Below are positions 49,472 through 62,474 of a stretch of 64,000 nucleotides of DNA, piece by piece. A model generated the notes under the pieces. It searched no databases and had not been told where the DNA came from. It saw only the letters and a program-made list of their open reading frames with translations. A program made the translations under genes and the position numbers. Source of the DNA: Lingula anatina (Eukaryota; Animalia; Brachiopoda); the NCBI GenBank assembly GCA_051362555.1, contig CM120643.1, forward strand, positions 20,402,848 through 20,466,847, written 5' to 3'. How positions within the stretch are numbered: position 1 is the stretch's first letter; every line of letters starts with the position of its first letter.

Positions 49472-49734
49472 TCAAACAAAGTCAACGATGCAGTGACAGA
49501 CTGCATCCCAGTATTCCTCAACTGTACGCTGGCCGGCACGGTATTCGGCTTTAAGCCTCTCTAGACAAGTTTCCAACCTCTTCCATTTAAGTTTTCTTGG
49601 GTCTGGGGCATCTCCTCTTCTAGCTCCTGTTATGGCCCGCTCAGTTTGAGCCTGGAGGTCCTTCACGTGGGTTATGAATCTCCACAGGGAGGGATGACGC
49701 GTACTGATAGCGTAATTCAATGCTCTGTGGAAAC
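49472..49734 (-). mobile_element. Last exon of a MULE (FLYWCH-type) transposase, remnant
   Basis: ttgtctgttcag|GFHRALNYAISTRHPSLWRFITHVKDLQAQTE...Y.AG...EYW resembles the G(W/F)H...HP.(L/I)W.FI..LK..Q motif of animal MULE transposases. Confidence 0.65.
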
Positions 49735-50689
49735 CTGAACAGACAAAATATAAAAACAAACATTAAGAAGTCATAAATTGGGCATATTTGCATATCATTG
49801 CAAAATATTTTAAAGCTGTACAACAGTACAAGTTACTACCGTGTAGCTATTAAGTAACAAATCTACTGGTACGCGCAAGATCGATAACTGATTTAATTCT
49901 CGTAAGATTACCATCTGCCCCCTTCCTTATGAATAGGTATTACTTTATTAATACAATGCAACCGACGTGTAGCCGCAAGTTACAAGACAATGTGTGATTA
50001 CGCACAGCAGTAGGAGGCCGCTACCGCTCCCCAGCAAGGAGTCAACACAGCAGCGCGTAACCCGGGCTTAATTAGAGGTTATTGGCTGTCCACTTATGAT
50101 CGGTATTGTTCGTCTTGATTGCAGCACACTTCCTACTCACCATTGGTTCGCCCGCCTCTTCTTCAAATGCTCTCTCAAACCTTTCCTCAGTCAGCCGAAA
50201 ATGGAAACACATTTATCTGCCAATAAACTACGTCGTTGATGTATTATTCGGCATCATTCTACAGTGGGTCATAAGGCTCTATCTATAATTTTTTCGTCTC
50301 GCATTTTACCTGATTAAGCTGACGCTAGAAAACTAAATTTAATGAATGATTTTCTCTCTTCTCTCTATGATCAGAATTCAAATTCTTCCAACCTATACAT
50401 TACTTAAATTATGTAAAAGTTATCGATTAGTTGCAAACTATGTTGTTGTTCGCACAGCTTACCCCCCCCAACCCCAAAAGAAACAAAAAAAAAAACATCC
50501 GTTCCGACATCAGTGTTGCATTACTCTTAGGGATGTGATGAATCAACTGGAGTGTAAACTTGGCATATAAACAAAAAATACAAGCATTTACGAGAACAAA
50601 CTTTTCCCTTACTAGGGCTTTAAACTCTGACATAAAAATTGTATCAGAATACGGTAATATGCTAAAAAATATCAGCTAATAGTAATATA

Positions 50690-53600
50690 TACAGTTTTGT
50701 GCAGAGAAGATGACATTACAGATATGCTTACTTCAAAAATGATTAAGCTGTCTTACGTACGACCCTTAAGAGGACAAAAGAATTGTGTGAAAATTCGTAG
50801 GCTAAGGGACAATGCCGACTTATGTACATCTTATACACATCTTACGTACATCTTACACACATGCAGCGATGAGTAAGAAGGGGTGGGCTTATGCAAAAAG
50901 GATGATGGCGGGGTGTTTCTCTCCTTACGGCAACACAACCATGTGTGAAAAGAGGCGTGATATATGATCCCGCTTAATTGTGGGTTGGTTAGAATGGGAC
51001 GTTTAAGAGTAATTTACATTGATTTATTGATTTCTTGTAAACGATACGTACGTTTGTCAACGAATCGGTAATACGTCACGGTATTGTGGTCTATAATAGT
51101 GCAGGTCCAGTTTCCCACTAACTGTGATGCAACCCCTGATTAAGTGAGAGCTTTTTAAAAAGTGGGACTACCTTTATGATTATTGACATTCAACTGTATG
51201 ATATGAGAACAACTATTTAGCCAAGACACCGACTCCCCCCCCACCCCACCACCACACACACACACATTCCTTGGCGTTCGGTGAAATTTTTTTAGTATTT
51301 AAGAGGGGGAACGGTGCCATTTGGTACGGTTAAGAACTATGATACTGCTAGTCAAAATTCTAATTTCAAGAGGGGACTAGTAATCAGGATTTCCGGTCAA
51401 GCAACTCCAAACATGTCGGGGTGGGACGGTTTGGGGGTACACCGTACAGTTGTACAAGTTAATTTATGAAACTTTTTGTGTTGATAAAATTACATCATTT
51501 TTATTTACTTTTTTTCTATAAATTATATTTTTATTTTTCATCAAACCATTCTCAAAATCAATCCCAACAGAGACAAGGATGCCCAGTCAATCCTTACCCT
51601 CGCCAGCAGTTATGCACGCAATTCTTCTTCTAAAAGGTGTAAGGCATTTTTTTTCAAACAACTTGTTTCTTAAGCTCCGCCGACTTTAAAATTGCCAAAA
51701 AAGGAAAAAAATAAATAAAACTGAAACCAAAAATAATTTTGTTTTTTTCACCGACGTCTGACTGATCATACTGTTCAATCGGAATAACATAATCGCGAAA
51801 ACTCGTAAGAAGTTTCACGGCACTCTCACGTCACATGACTGCCTACAAGTTTAACGAAGGCCATTTGTGCCAAGGTAAACGCTTGGTTCATTTCCTCGAG
51901 CTTCCGGTTTTTAAGCCAATCAGTACTTCGTTTATATTTTACACTACACGTATGACTACATGTGTCAAATTAATGCAAAATGGCGGGAAAGTGTGCTGGA
52001 GTAGCCATCTTGATTTAAGCAGGAATTTGACCACTATTGTGTGGCTCAGTTTATAGTGAAGGAGGGACCAAAATTATTGTGCAAAATGGTCTGACCGGTC
52101 AGTGTTACAGATGTTTTAGGCAATTTAATTGACTGCTTTCTGTCGGAAATGAACATATCAACTGCACAACTTGCGTCACGTGTAGAGAGTTTCAAGAGGG
52201 AACCAGCAGCATAAAGAGCAAAAAGCATGTTTTATTATTATTATTTTGTAATTTACAAGAATGATTTGTAGAATTGACATTTATTTAGACAAATAAAACA
52301 TTGAAAAGAAATTGCTGTTTTTGTCCATTGTTTAATGTAGTGTTGAAAGTGAATAACCAAAAAGTCATGATTTTGAAAAATATCTTTCATTTTTCACCCC
52401 CCGCCGACCTCTGTCAAATATAAAAATTGTTTAAGAAACAATTAAAAAAAAAACTGCCCAACTCTCACTGAAAAGTGCGAGTGATGCAATGTTACCATTG
52501 CATGGCAGGTGCTCACTGGATTTTTCTGAATCTGAGGGCATGTGCCAACAGATTCGTCTGCTGGACATGCCAACAGACTGGTGAAAATGTGCAATGCCCC
52601 ACCTTTTTCCCACCTTTAATAATTATGTAGAGGATGTATTATGGACATCTCCCTGTGTACAGATTTCTCTTTCAGAACTTATCATGGAGCCAGTTGGGCC
52701 CCTGGGCCCATGGTATGTCAGTACGCATTTCACAATCTGTTACACTCCGCTCTTTTACTCCTTTTCATAAAATTGTTAGGGTGACTCCCGTTAACACCCA
52801 ACATAAATACATAATTATTAAACATAGCGAATAATTTTACTTTTCAAATATATTGAATTTATAAATAGGTTTAGGAGTGACCTTTGACTTATGTAACCCT
52901 CATTGGGTAGTGCGAGTGATGCAATGTCTAGAAACCATTGCATGGTGTGCCGTCACTGGATTGTAAATGAGTCTTCTTGCTTTTCTTTCTTTATTTTTTT
53001 TTGTTCATGTGATGGAATGTTACCCCAGAAAATGTTGAAATGCATATGATTACTTATACATTTACAGGTATACTATGACCTCGCTTTTATGCAACTTAGC
53101 GACTGCATTGCGCATAATTTGTTAATTGATGGTTATTATCGCTAGGAAATCTCCAAACATGAATCAGTTTTAAATTATCATCAACCTGAACTTTAAGCGT
53201 TCCTCTCGAGTTAACGCTGTTACTTGACTACTGCCACAGGCTTAAAGCGTGAATATCACTGTAACACTACCTTTGTTAAACGCACAATTACTGGCCAGTC
53301 ATTATCGGTGGTGGGGGTGGGTTAACGCTGTTGTATTTCAATATTTAGAGCCTGTGCCTGCTTTCGCAAGTGAGACCTAACTTAGCGCCTGCATTGCCTC
53401 TTAATTTGTTAATTGATGGTTATTATCGCTAGGGAATCTCCAAAATGAATCAGTTTTAAATTGTCATCAACCTGAATTAAAAGTGTTCCTTTCAAGTTAA
53501 CGCTGTCCTTGTTCTGCTAGCTTGACTACTGCCACAGGCTTAAGGCGTGAATATCACTATCATTACCTTTGTTAAACACACAATTACTAGGGGGGCATAA

Positions 53601-56600
53601 TAGAAGAGTCTCCTGAAATTGCACAGGCAAATTCATCATATTCAGATGTGAGTGTAATGCCTGGAACACTTCCACAGAGAAGAAAAAATGTTTACCTTTT
53701 CTCATTTGTTTCTTTTTTCTATCTGTAGCTACAGTCATGCATATTTGATTTCATTTTCAATCATTGTTTTTACTTATGCAATATGTTTGATCAGTATATT
53801 ATTTAGTCATTGTTTTTATACAGCTATTAACAAAAGTTTAAATATGTTTAATTTATTTTCTTTTGACAGCCTGTTGAGATTGTCCTGCCATTTCAGGGAA
53901 GATGCAGTAGTGGATGTTCTGGCGAACCTTTATTAGACAAATACCCACTACTACAATCTGAAATATCCGAATTTTTGCAATGCGAATTACGGGTGAAAAA
54001 TCCCGATTCGGTTGTCTGGCCACACACAGCAAAGGGAAACCGAATCGTGCACTGAAAATTCAGGTGGAGGTTCCGGTTTGAAGAATCGCGCATGCACAGA
54101 ATCCATGAAAACAAAAATATGTCGCCAATCATTGCTCTTCTCGCACTCAGTTTTTTTTCTCGTGTGTTTGTTTTTGGAACATCAAATTTAACCCAAAAGT
54201 CGTCAAAAGGAAGATTTAAGTAAGATCTGGAAGAATTTGGCGGATACAAGAAGGAGAATAGCTGGGTTTCGATGGAGAGTGTGGGTCCACTGACCTGGCA
54301 TGTTGCTTTTCTTTCCCGCGAGATTTGCTAGTGCATGCACAGTGCGATCTAAACAGGTGGCCCTTCCGGTAAAGTAACCGAATCGCTGGAGAGAATCCAG
54401 CTCGCTAGTAGGATTTTTGGAAACCGGTTTACAAAAATCCTCATGCGTTCAGACTACCGCAATAATTCGAATCTTGACCTAATTCGCTATTTGACCGGTT
54501 AAATGACTGCAGTGTGAACGGGGTATTAGAGTCACCTTGGAACAGTCCCCCATAACAATTGTGCATCTTGGGCTTGGCAATCTCAATCAGTTTTGTAGGA
54601 AAGGAGGATTGGTACCAGTGGATTGACAAAAATTGACAATTGACAGTTCAGTCACACTCACCTATAGTGGCATGTTGCTTCGAGTTACCACATTTATTCT
54701 AAGATTGCTGAATTAGCAGAGAAGATGACATTACGGATACGGATAATCTTACGTATCGCACATTTAACATAATTACAGGGTAAACACAATAGGCCACAAT
54801 GCTTTGCGTAAGTCAGCTGGGTTACGGGAAGTAAGTCGAGTTGGCCTCGTTTGAGGTGATGAGTGACAGCCTTAATTGCCACCTCTCCCTCTACTGATGC
54901 TGCTGAGCGACAGCGTTAATTGTCATCTCCCAAGTCCCCTCCGCTTATCTGATTCTCTGCCCGACTGCACACAATCATTGTTCATCTATATGGGGCACGC
55001 TTTCATTGTATTCGTCCTTTAGGTAGTATTTTAGATAGTATTTTCTTTCATAACGATGTCTTGGTTCTCAAGGCTCAGTTACAATATAAAATGTTTCTCC
55101 TAAAATTGTTTCAATAGACGTTTTTGCTGCGTATATAGCACATAGTTACTTATTTTTTTGCTGTTAATTGTGTTGTAAATTTCAAATTTCCCATGTGTTG
55201 TCGATTCTGAATGTTAAAAATAAAGGATCCATAATCCTAATAAAGCCAAGGTCCCAACTACGTTTTGGACGCACGGTTTTCAGGTTACTAGCGTCCGGCT
55301 AGGACGTAGCGAGATCGCACGTAGCGGCTGTTGATCATGTCAAAAAGTTTCTACGCGCTGTTTGCGTCCTCCAAAAGTCGCACGATGGACGTGCTCCTCA
55401 CGCACGAACTCCCACGTTTTCCCCATTTTTTTTGGCCGTAGACCACACGTAGCAGCCCGTACGTTCGGTTGGGACCTAGGCATAAGACGGCGTATTTTAC
55501 GTTTTTCCTTGAGTCATCAATTTCATCTCAAATTATTACATTGAAATGCTCACACTATTATAAATTTTGAACATATAATTGATTGCAGTTTAACCTGGCT
55601 TTGCCCTAACCTTTTAACATCATTTTCGATCACGAAGAACAACAGGGGCCGGGTAATCTATCCAAACACGTTTTTCTTTCTTTTTTTTTTTTACTTTTAA
55701 TTATGAAGCGGCGCGGAGTATTCAATTGGAGATTAAGACAACGACGATAATATCCATTGACTCGTACATCAAATTAAATGCTTGTAGAAAGGGTTTTTAA
55801 AAGGATTTTCTAAGAACATGGAGTCGGCTAAAAATGGATGATCGGAGCTTAAGCAAGCATTTAAGGAAGATAATCAACGATCATGGTAATTGCGTGTAAT
55901 CCACGTGCCCGAGTCCCTTGTCGAAAATCTTATCGAAAATCTCAGTCTACCTGTACTTTAGAGTTATTAATCTAACTTACGTGGCGGGTAAACTCTGATT
56001 AAACGTGTCACCAAAATCTTTTGTTCGACTTAAAATGCCAAAGTCAAAGAAGTGCCACGTCTTACTTGTAATTTTGTCATCTTATGTGACATTTTGGCTT
56101 TACGGCTTATTTTGATTGTGGTGAAAATTTTTATCATTTTTTACCGCAATTCATTTGTCAGAAGTAACCTTCATCGATAACTACATCTACTTGCTGACCT
56201 AGCCAATCTGTTTTTATTGCACTTTTCTATTAGTCTCTGCCAGTATGGTTATATAATGTTTTCCAGGAATCTGACCGGCTACCATTACCAATAAATATGT
56301 TACAAAAATTGTTTTTTGAAATTTGTTTGGTTTGGTGCATGTAAGGTTGCTCTGCCAAATTATACATTACCGATACGGGCTGTCACCAGTACCTTCTGTT
56401 TTTTTTTTTTTTTTTTTTCGATTTTATAGCAGAATATTCTACCTATCGCAATGAGTGAAATGTCTGGCATTTATTCATATAGCAAATATTCTTTTATGAC
56501 ATTATATTCATACAACTTATTCAATCCAGATTTAGTTCACGTGTATCTTGATGGAATGCTTTAAGCAAGCAGTTTTTTAAGAACTTTATTTTAAATAAAT

Positions 56601-57297
56601 GGTTTTATATTCCCATCCTTCTGCTGAAACGAGCAGTTTGCTTATTGTTTCATGAATAAAATAATGAATAAAAACCCCTTCTCCATACAATGTTCTTCGT
56701 TTGATAATTATCCTTGTGGAACAGTGAACGAAAATAAAGGCAGTCTCAAGAAATATGTTGATGGAGAGATAGGAAGAAGGTGATCTTATCGCAACTCTCA
56801 ATTTACCTGTACGTTGCAGTAATTAAACTGTTAGCTTAACTGGCAGCTCTGATTAAAAGGGTCACCTGAAATTCTTTTGTCCGACTTAAACTTTCAAGAT
56901 GTGCCAAGTTTTGATTTCAATCACGCTCCCTGCGGCAACTGCCGATACGAGACCAGCACCTGACAACAGTGATATTATCATCCCTAGAGGAAATCTAAAG
57001 CACGGAGTTGTCTGCTCGCCAGTTGTCCAAAGTTGGTAAGTTGATGGTACAGTTAAAAAATATACGAAAACCTACACCCTAGAATAGATCACAGAATTAA
57101 GGAATGTGCTTTTGTGCGACTACATGTAGCCCTACTTCTACAATTATTATTATCATCATTGAATAATAAGACTCTGCCCACCACCAATTAACTCAAACAT
57201 TACAGAAAGAAGGTTCCGTTAAGATTTATACTGTTATGTTGTTGATGTGATCTGTAAGTTAGATGTTCATTACATAGTATTGGACGTTGCTTAAACG

Positions 57298-57332
<35 letters not shown>

Positions 57333-58943
57333 AAAATTAGAATGCGCTAAATAGGGTATCGACTAGTAAGCAAACTAAAATCAAGGATGGAGGGATGTGC
57401 TACAGAAACGGCATAATTATGGATAACTATTAGCACCTCTTTACTATCTAGTATTGTACACCATACTGACTCTTGTCAAAGCAGACACAGGCTCTATATA
57501 TTGTAATACAATAGATTTAGCATATACCCCCCCCCCCTCAACCCCACCGATAATGACTGGCCTGTAATTGTGTGTTTAACAAAGGTAGTGTTACAGTGAT
57601 ATTCACGTCTTAATTACTATTTTCTCAAACAATTTTTATTTTTGACAGAGGTCGGATGGGGTAAAGTGAAAAATAGTGAAAAAAAGTGAAAAATACTTTT
57701 AGGTAACTCACTTTCAACACTACATTAGACAATGGTAAAAACTAAAACACAGTAAAGCAATTTCTGGACAAAAAACAGCAATTTATTTTCAATGTTTTAT
57801 TTTTCTAAATAAATGTCAATCATTCTTGTAAATTACAAAATAATAATAAAAAAACATGCTTTGTGCTCTTTACGCTGCTGGTTCCCTGTTTAAACACTCC
57901 ACACGTGACGCAAGTGTTGCAACTGATATGTTCATTTCCGACAGAAAGTAGTCAATAAAATTGCCTAAAACATCTGTAACACTGGCCGGGCAGACCATTT
58001 TGCATAATAATTTTGGTCCCTCCTTCACTATAAACTGAGCCACACAACAGTGGTCAAATTCCTGCTTAAATCAAGATGGCTACTCCAGCTCACTTTCCCG
58101 CCATTTTGCATTAATTTGACACAAGTAGTCGAACGTGTAGCGTAAAATATCAACGAAGTACTGATTGGCTTAAAAACCGGAAGCTCGAGGAAATGAACCA
58201 AGCATTTACCTTGGCACAAATGGCCTTCGTTTACAACTTGTAGGCAGTCATGTGACGTGAGAGTACCGTGAAAAAGAATTTTTGCGTTTATGTTATTAAC
58301 AGTATGATCAGTCGGACGTCGGTGAAAAAAAAAAAAAAACAAAATTATTTTTGGTTTCAATTTTATTTATTTTATTTATTTATTTTTTTATTTGGCCATT
58401 TTAAAGTCGGCGGAGCTTGGGAAACAAGTTGTTTGAAAAAAATGCCTTACACCTTTTAAAAGAAGAATCGCGTGCATAACTGCTGGCGAAGGTAAGGATT
58501 GACTGGGCATCCTAGTAGTCTCTGTTGGGATTGATTTTTTACAAGAAATCAATAAATCAATGTAAATTACTCTTAAACGTCCCATTCTAACCAGGGTTTT
58601 GTCATGTTTGGGTCGCGTCGCAGCGTAACAGAGGACGATTTAATAGCCCACAATTAAGCGGGATCATATATCACGCCTCTTTTCACACATGGTTGTGTTG
58701 CCGCAAGGCGAGAAACACCCCGCCGTCACCTTATTTACATAAGCCCACCCCTTCTTACTCATCGCTGCATGTGTGTAAGATGTACGTAAGATGTCCGTAA
58801 AATATACGTAAGTCGGCATTGTCCTTAGCTTACGAATTTTCACACAATTCTTTTGTCCTCTTAAGGGGCGTACGTAAGACAACTTAATCGGTTTTGCTTT
58901 ATCCGTATCCGTAATGTCACCTTCTCTGCACAAAACTGTATAT
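50690..58943. repeat. Large imperfect inverted duplication (arms about 50690-53400 and 57480-58943)
   Basis: Blocks 50690-51030/58545-58943, 51555-52430/57620-58540 and 53240-53370/57480-57610 are reverse complements; direct repeat of about 286 bp at 53085-53590. Confidence 0.8.
55245..55481. mobile_element. Harbinger-type MITE
   Basis: GCCAAGGTCCCAAC...GTTGGGACCTAGGC termini with taa flanks. Confidence 0.6.
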
Positions 58944-59842
58944 GGAAAAGATGACCTTGATATTGGAACCTTGGAGATTCATAACTTGCTTTCACTCCTT
59001 TGAAAAGTAACTGCTTTGTTCTTTGTTCCTTTACTGTTGATAATATGATAATAAATACTCCTCTTGTCATTGTATGATGCTGACTCTGTTTTAATTTTCT
59101 TTATAGAAAAAGAATATAGATATCAAGATATCACAAGTATTTACAAAGCCTATGAATCATTTGAAAGGTAAAAGAATGGTTGAGAAATGCAATATATTAA
59201 CTAGGATATTACCTAGGATGTGATGCAAATACAGTTCAGACAAGGGGCAAAGGAAGTTAGTATGGTGTACAGTACCGGACACTAAAGAGGTGTTAATAGT
59301 AATCCGTAATTATGCCGTTTCTGTAGCACATCCCCCCCCCCCTAGATTTTGGCTTGCTAACTACATGTAGTTGATACCCTATTTAGCGCAGTTTAATTTT
59401 ATGACTCGAGTGGGTTTTTTTTATCGGTATAAACAACGAATAACTGTTGAACAAATCATGTGATTTTTTTCAGTATTCATTTCTTGCTATTACTGAGAAA
59501 AAAAAATTTGGCGAATTGAGTTAACCAGAAATCGGGGGCGAATCCAAGATTATGGGACGCGGAAGCAAAGCCGACCCCCCACCCGCCCCAACTCCCTACT
59601 TGGCGTTTGGTAAAAAAAAATTGTATTTTAGAGGGCGAACGGTGCCATTTGGTACGGTTAAGAACTATGATTCAGTTAGCCCAAATTCTAATTTCAAGAG
59701 GGGACCATAAATCTGGATGTCCGGCCAAGCAGGGAATTATATCGGAGGGAATGGAAACGGGAGGCGGGTGTGACGATTTCAAGCAATATCATTGGTTCTT
59801 ATCAATAGAGAGCTGATAACAAAAGAACCCCATCTGTGTTAA

Positions 59843-62304
59843 AGGACAATGTTCATGTAAAAATCCATTTCTCGAATTTTGAAGATACAGCACTCAATCT
59901 ATACACTAGAGGTATGTTTTAATCGATCCCCGCCATTTAAAAATTATAAAAACAATCTGTTAGTAGAAAAAAAGCGTTTTAGTAAACCTCACCTCAATAT
60001 GCAAAAATGAAGCAACAGATCTGGGTCACGTGGTACTGTGACGACAATCACGATAAAGGTCTATGAGACTCAACTGAGCTGCATGGTGCATAAAGACGGA
60101 GAAGTTAAGGAAAGTTGTGTTGAACGGAGTTGAGGAATTTTCGTTATGCCTCGGTGTGTTGCCGTGGGATTCACCAAAATTGCAGCTCTCGTTGACAATC
60201 TTTCTTTGTCTGTGACGGTCTTCCGTGACTTACTTACTAACTTCGGTGACAATAGTTGCGATGCTCTAGATCATGGTCACCTCAGGTGGTTTAGATCATA
60301 TCAAGAGCTGGTAGTCTTTCAGATTAACTGTCATCAGTTGGCAAACTTACTGATTGCTGATGCATTTTAAATGCATTGTAGTTGACCAAAAGCTCGTTTA
60401 CAACAAACCTGTTAATTATGCACCGCTGCAATTCCCAAGCCAGGTAATAACAGGTATGAAACTCGTCTAGTTGGGCTTTCATATTTTTCAATATATCTCA
60501 TTTATTTCATGGGGTTATTTTATTGGTATTTGTAAATGACGTTAAATATCAAAACTTAAACAATTAAGTTCAAACACGGTCGCGAACATTAATAAAAGAA
60601 ATTGCTCTCAGGGTATCTTGAAGCTTCAGTGGAAGAAAACGTGTTGAGGAAAAACAGGAAAAAGAGCGTTATATTAAAGAAAAAATGGGAACTGCTATAA
60701 TAAAATGGTTCGTTATCCTAATTCGTTTATGCTTTGAGGATTTGTTTCTGAAGATAATTTCATCTGAAATATTAAATAATTTAAAAGATTGATTATTTTA
60801 TAACTTGAAACGCAAATTCTGCGTCAGTACGCAATTTTTTTTTGCAAATTTGTAAGCTTATAACACCGTGCTATAAAGATCTACTTAAGAAAAAAATTTG
60901 CTTGGGTAAAATTGAGTACGGAATGAACTGGAGACACTTGGCTTGTCATTAAGTTTACACGAAAATATGTCAGGTAACTTAATACTGTCTTTGAAAGAGT
61001 AAAGATTGAAAGAAAATTTTAGACAAACTTTGACGGGGGAAATACCTACAAAGAGTAATGGGCTATTTCGCCAACATCTTGTTGAAAATTTTACACTGCA
61101 ATTCTATTCAAATAAGCTAAGGAACTAATTGCCAAATTAATACTGTCATCACATAACAGGGGGGTAACCAGACCTGCAAAAATTGTACGCACATATTTAA
61201 AAAGATTACAAGCACATACAGCAAAATGTCCTTCACTTACGCAAAACATGAAGGACAGCGTAATCACAGCAAATGTACCTCATATAGTAGCTTAATTTCC
61301 ATTAATAATAAAATCATCATTTAAGTCAAAAATATTCTTGCGATTTAATAACTATTTTAATTTACCCAGAACGGCATATTTATTTTAAAGGCGGTTAACT
61401 GAAATATAGTTTTATGATTTGTTTGTGAAAATTGCCCATGTCACCCTGTTAGTTTGGAGGTCTAAGCTGGATCAAGTCCGTGTTAAAATTCCTATGAAGT
61501 TGTGCAGGAAAAATTCTTCCTTTCTTTCTCTAGCTCCTCGATAAACCTGGTGTTCAGATTTTATCTAGTACCCCCAGGTCTACGGGAGCTGCGCTTTGTA
61601 ACTAACGCACAGGTAGATTTTTACCTGAGATAACTGGAGTAAAGCTTAGATAGAGAGTGCGTTCGGTACAAGCAAGACAAATTGAATGCCATTTAACCCT
61701 TTAATTAAGAGGTAAAGGAAGTTCCAGTTAGATGGATGATTAAGATAGGACTTGTAAAGGTAACGGGCATTGTTTACCTCAGTTTAATAAAAGTATGCAA
61801 GACAGAGTGTCAGCGGTTTAATAAAATAAATTGAATTTCACAAATAACATGGACCTCATATGCAATAATCAACATTTCCCTTAACTCATTCAAATGCAGT
61901 GTTTTATACAACTTGGGATAACCATAATGAAATGCTTGTTAAAGAAATGACTAGACGGGAAATGGTTTTACACAGCTTCACGAGGATTTAGACCCCTCGG
62001 GTAAGAGATTTGAATGAGTATAAACTTTTATCAGAAGCCAGAGAAGTCATCTTACAGGTAGACAATGCAGCTCAGTTTGACAGCTAAGCACGCTCTGTTC
62101 TCCAGTGGCTCGATTGTCGTCATTGGACCACGTGACCACGTAGCTCATTAACTCCCAGGCCGAGCAAATAGGACGTTTTTTAAAGCCAAAAATTTACAAA
62201 ATGAGCTTTTAATTTGTGTATTTGGATAAAGATATCGTTAGTTGGGCATGTTTTCTGAAGAATATGTTCCGTTCAGGCCATTCTGACGGCATGAAGCAAA
62301 CCCT
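59843..62304 (+). mobile_element. Kolobok-type element (degenerate) with THAP-like start
   Basis: ttaa[AGGACAATGTTCAT...ATGAAGCAAACCCT]ttaa; MPRCVAVG at 60146 resembles a THAP N-terminus; subterminal GGTCACGTGG/CCACGTGACC. Confidence 0.55.
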
Positions 62305-62308
62305 TTAA

Positions 62309-62347
62309 GGCCACGTGATTTAACAGAGACGAGCAATAGCCAATCAC
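62309..62347 (+). promoter_or_regulatory. Candidate promoter: E-box CACGTG and CCAAT box
   Basis: ggccacgtga at 62309, agccaatca at 62338, CpG-richer region, donor AAG|gtaaag at 62503/4. Confidence 0.45.
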
Positions 62348-62474
62348 AGAATACCTAACCATAACATGTGAGATGGGCACAGACGCGGATTTTTCTTGTG
62401 CACGTATGTGTACATCTTTTTCAGGAATTTGTACACAGTCGGTGTAAGGTTATCTATGTCGTTTCGTTTGACGA

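Noticed and set aside
53893-54249. 118-aa ORF in the spacer of the inverted duplication
   Set aside because: No recognisable motif or splice context
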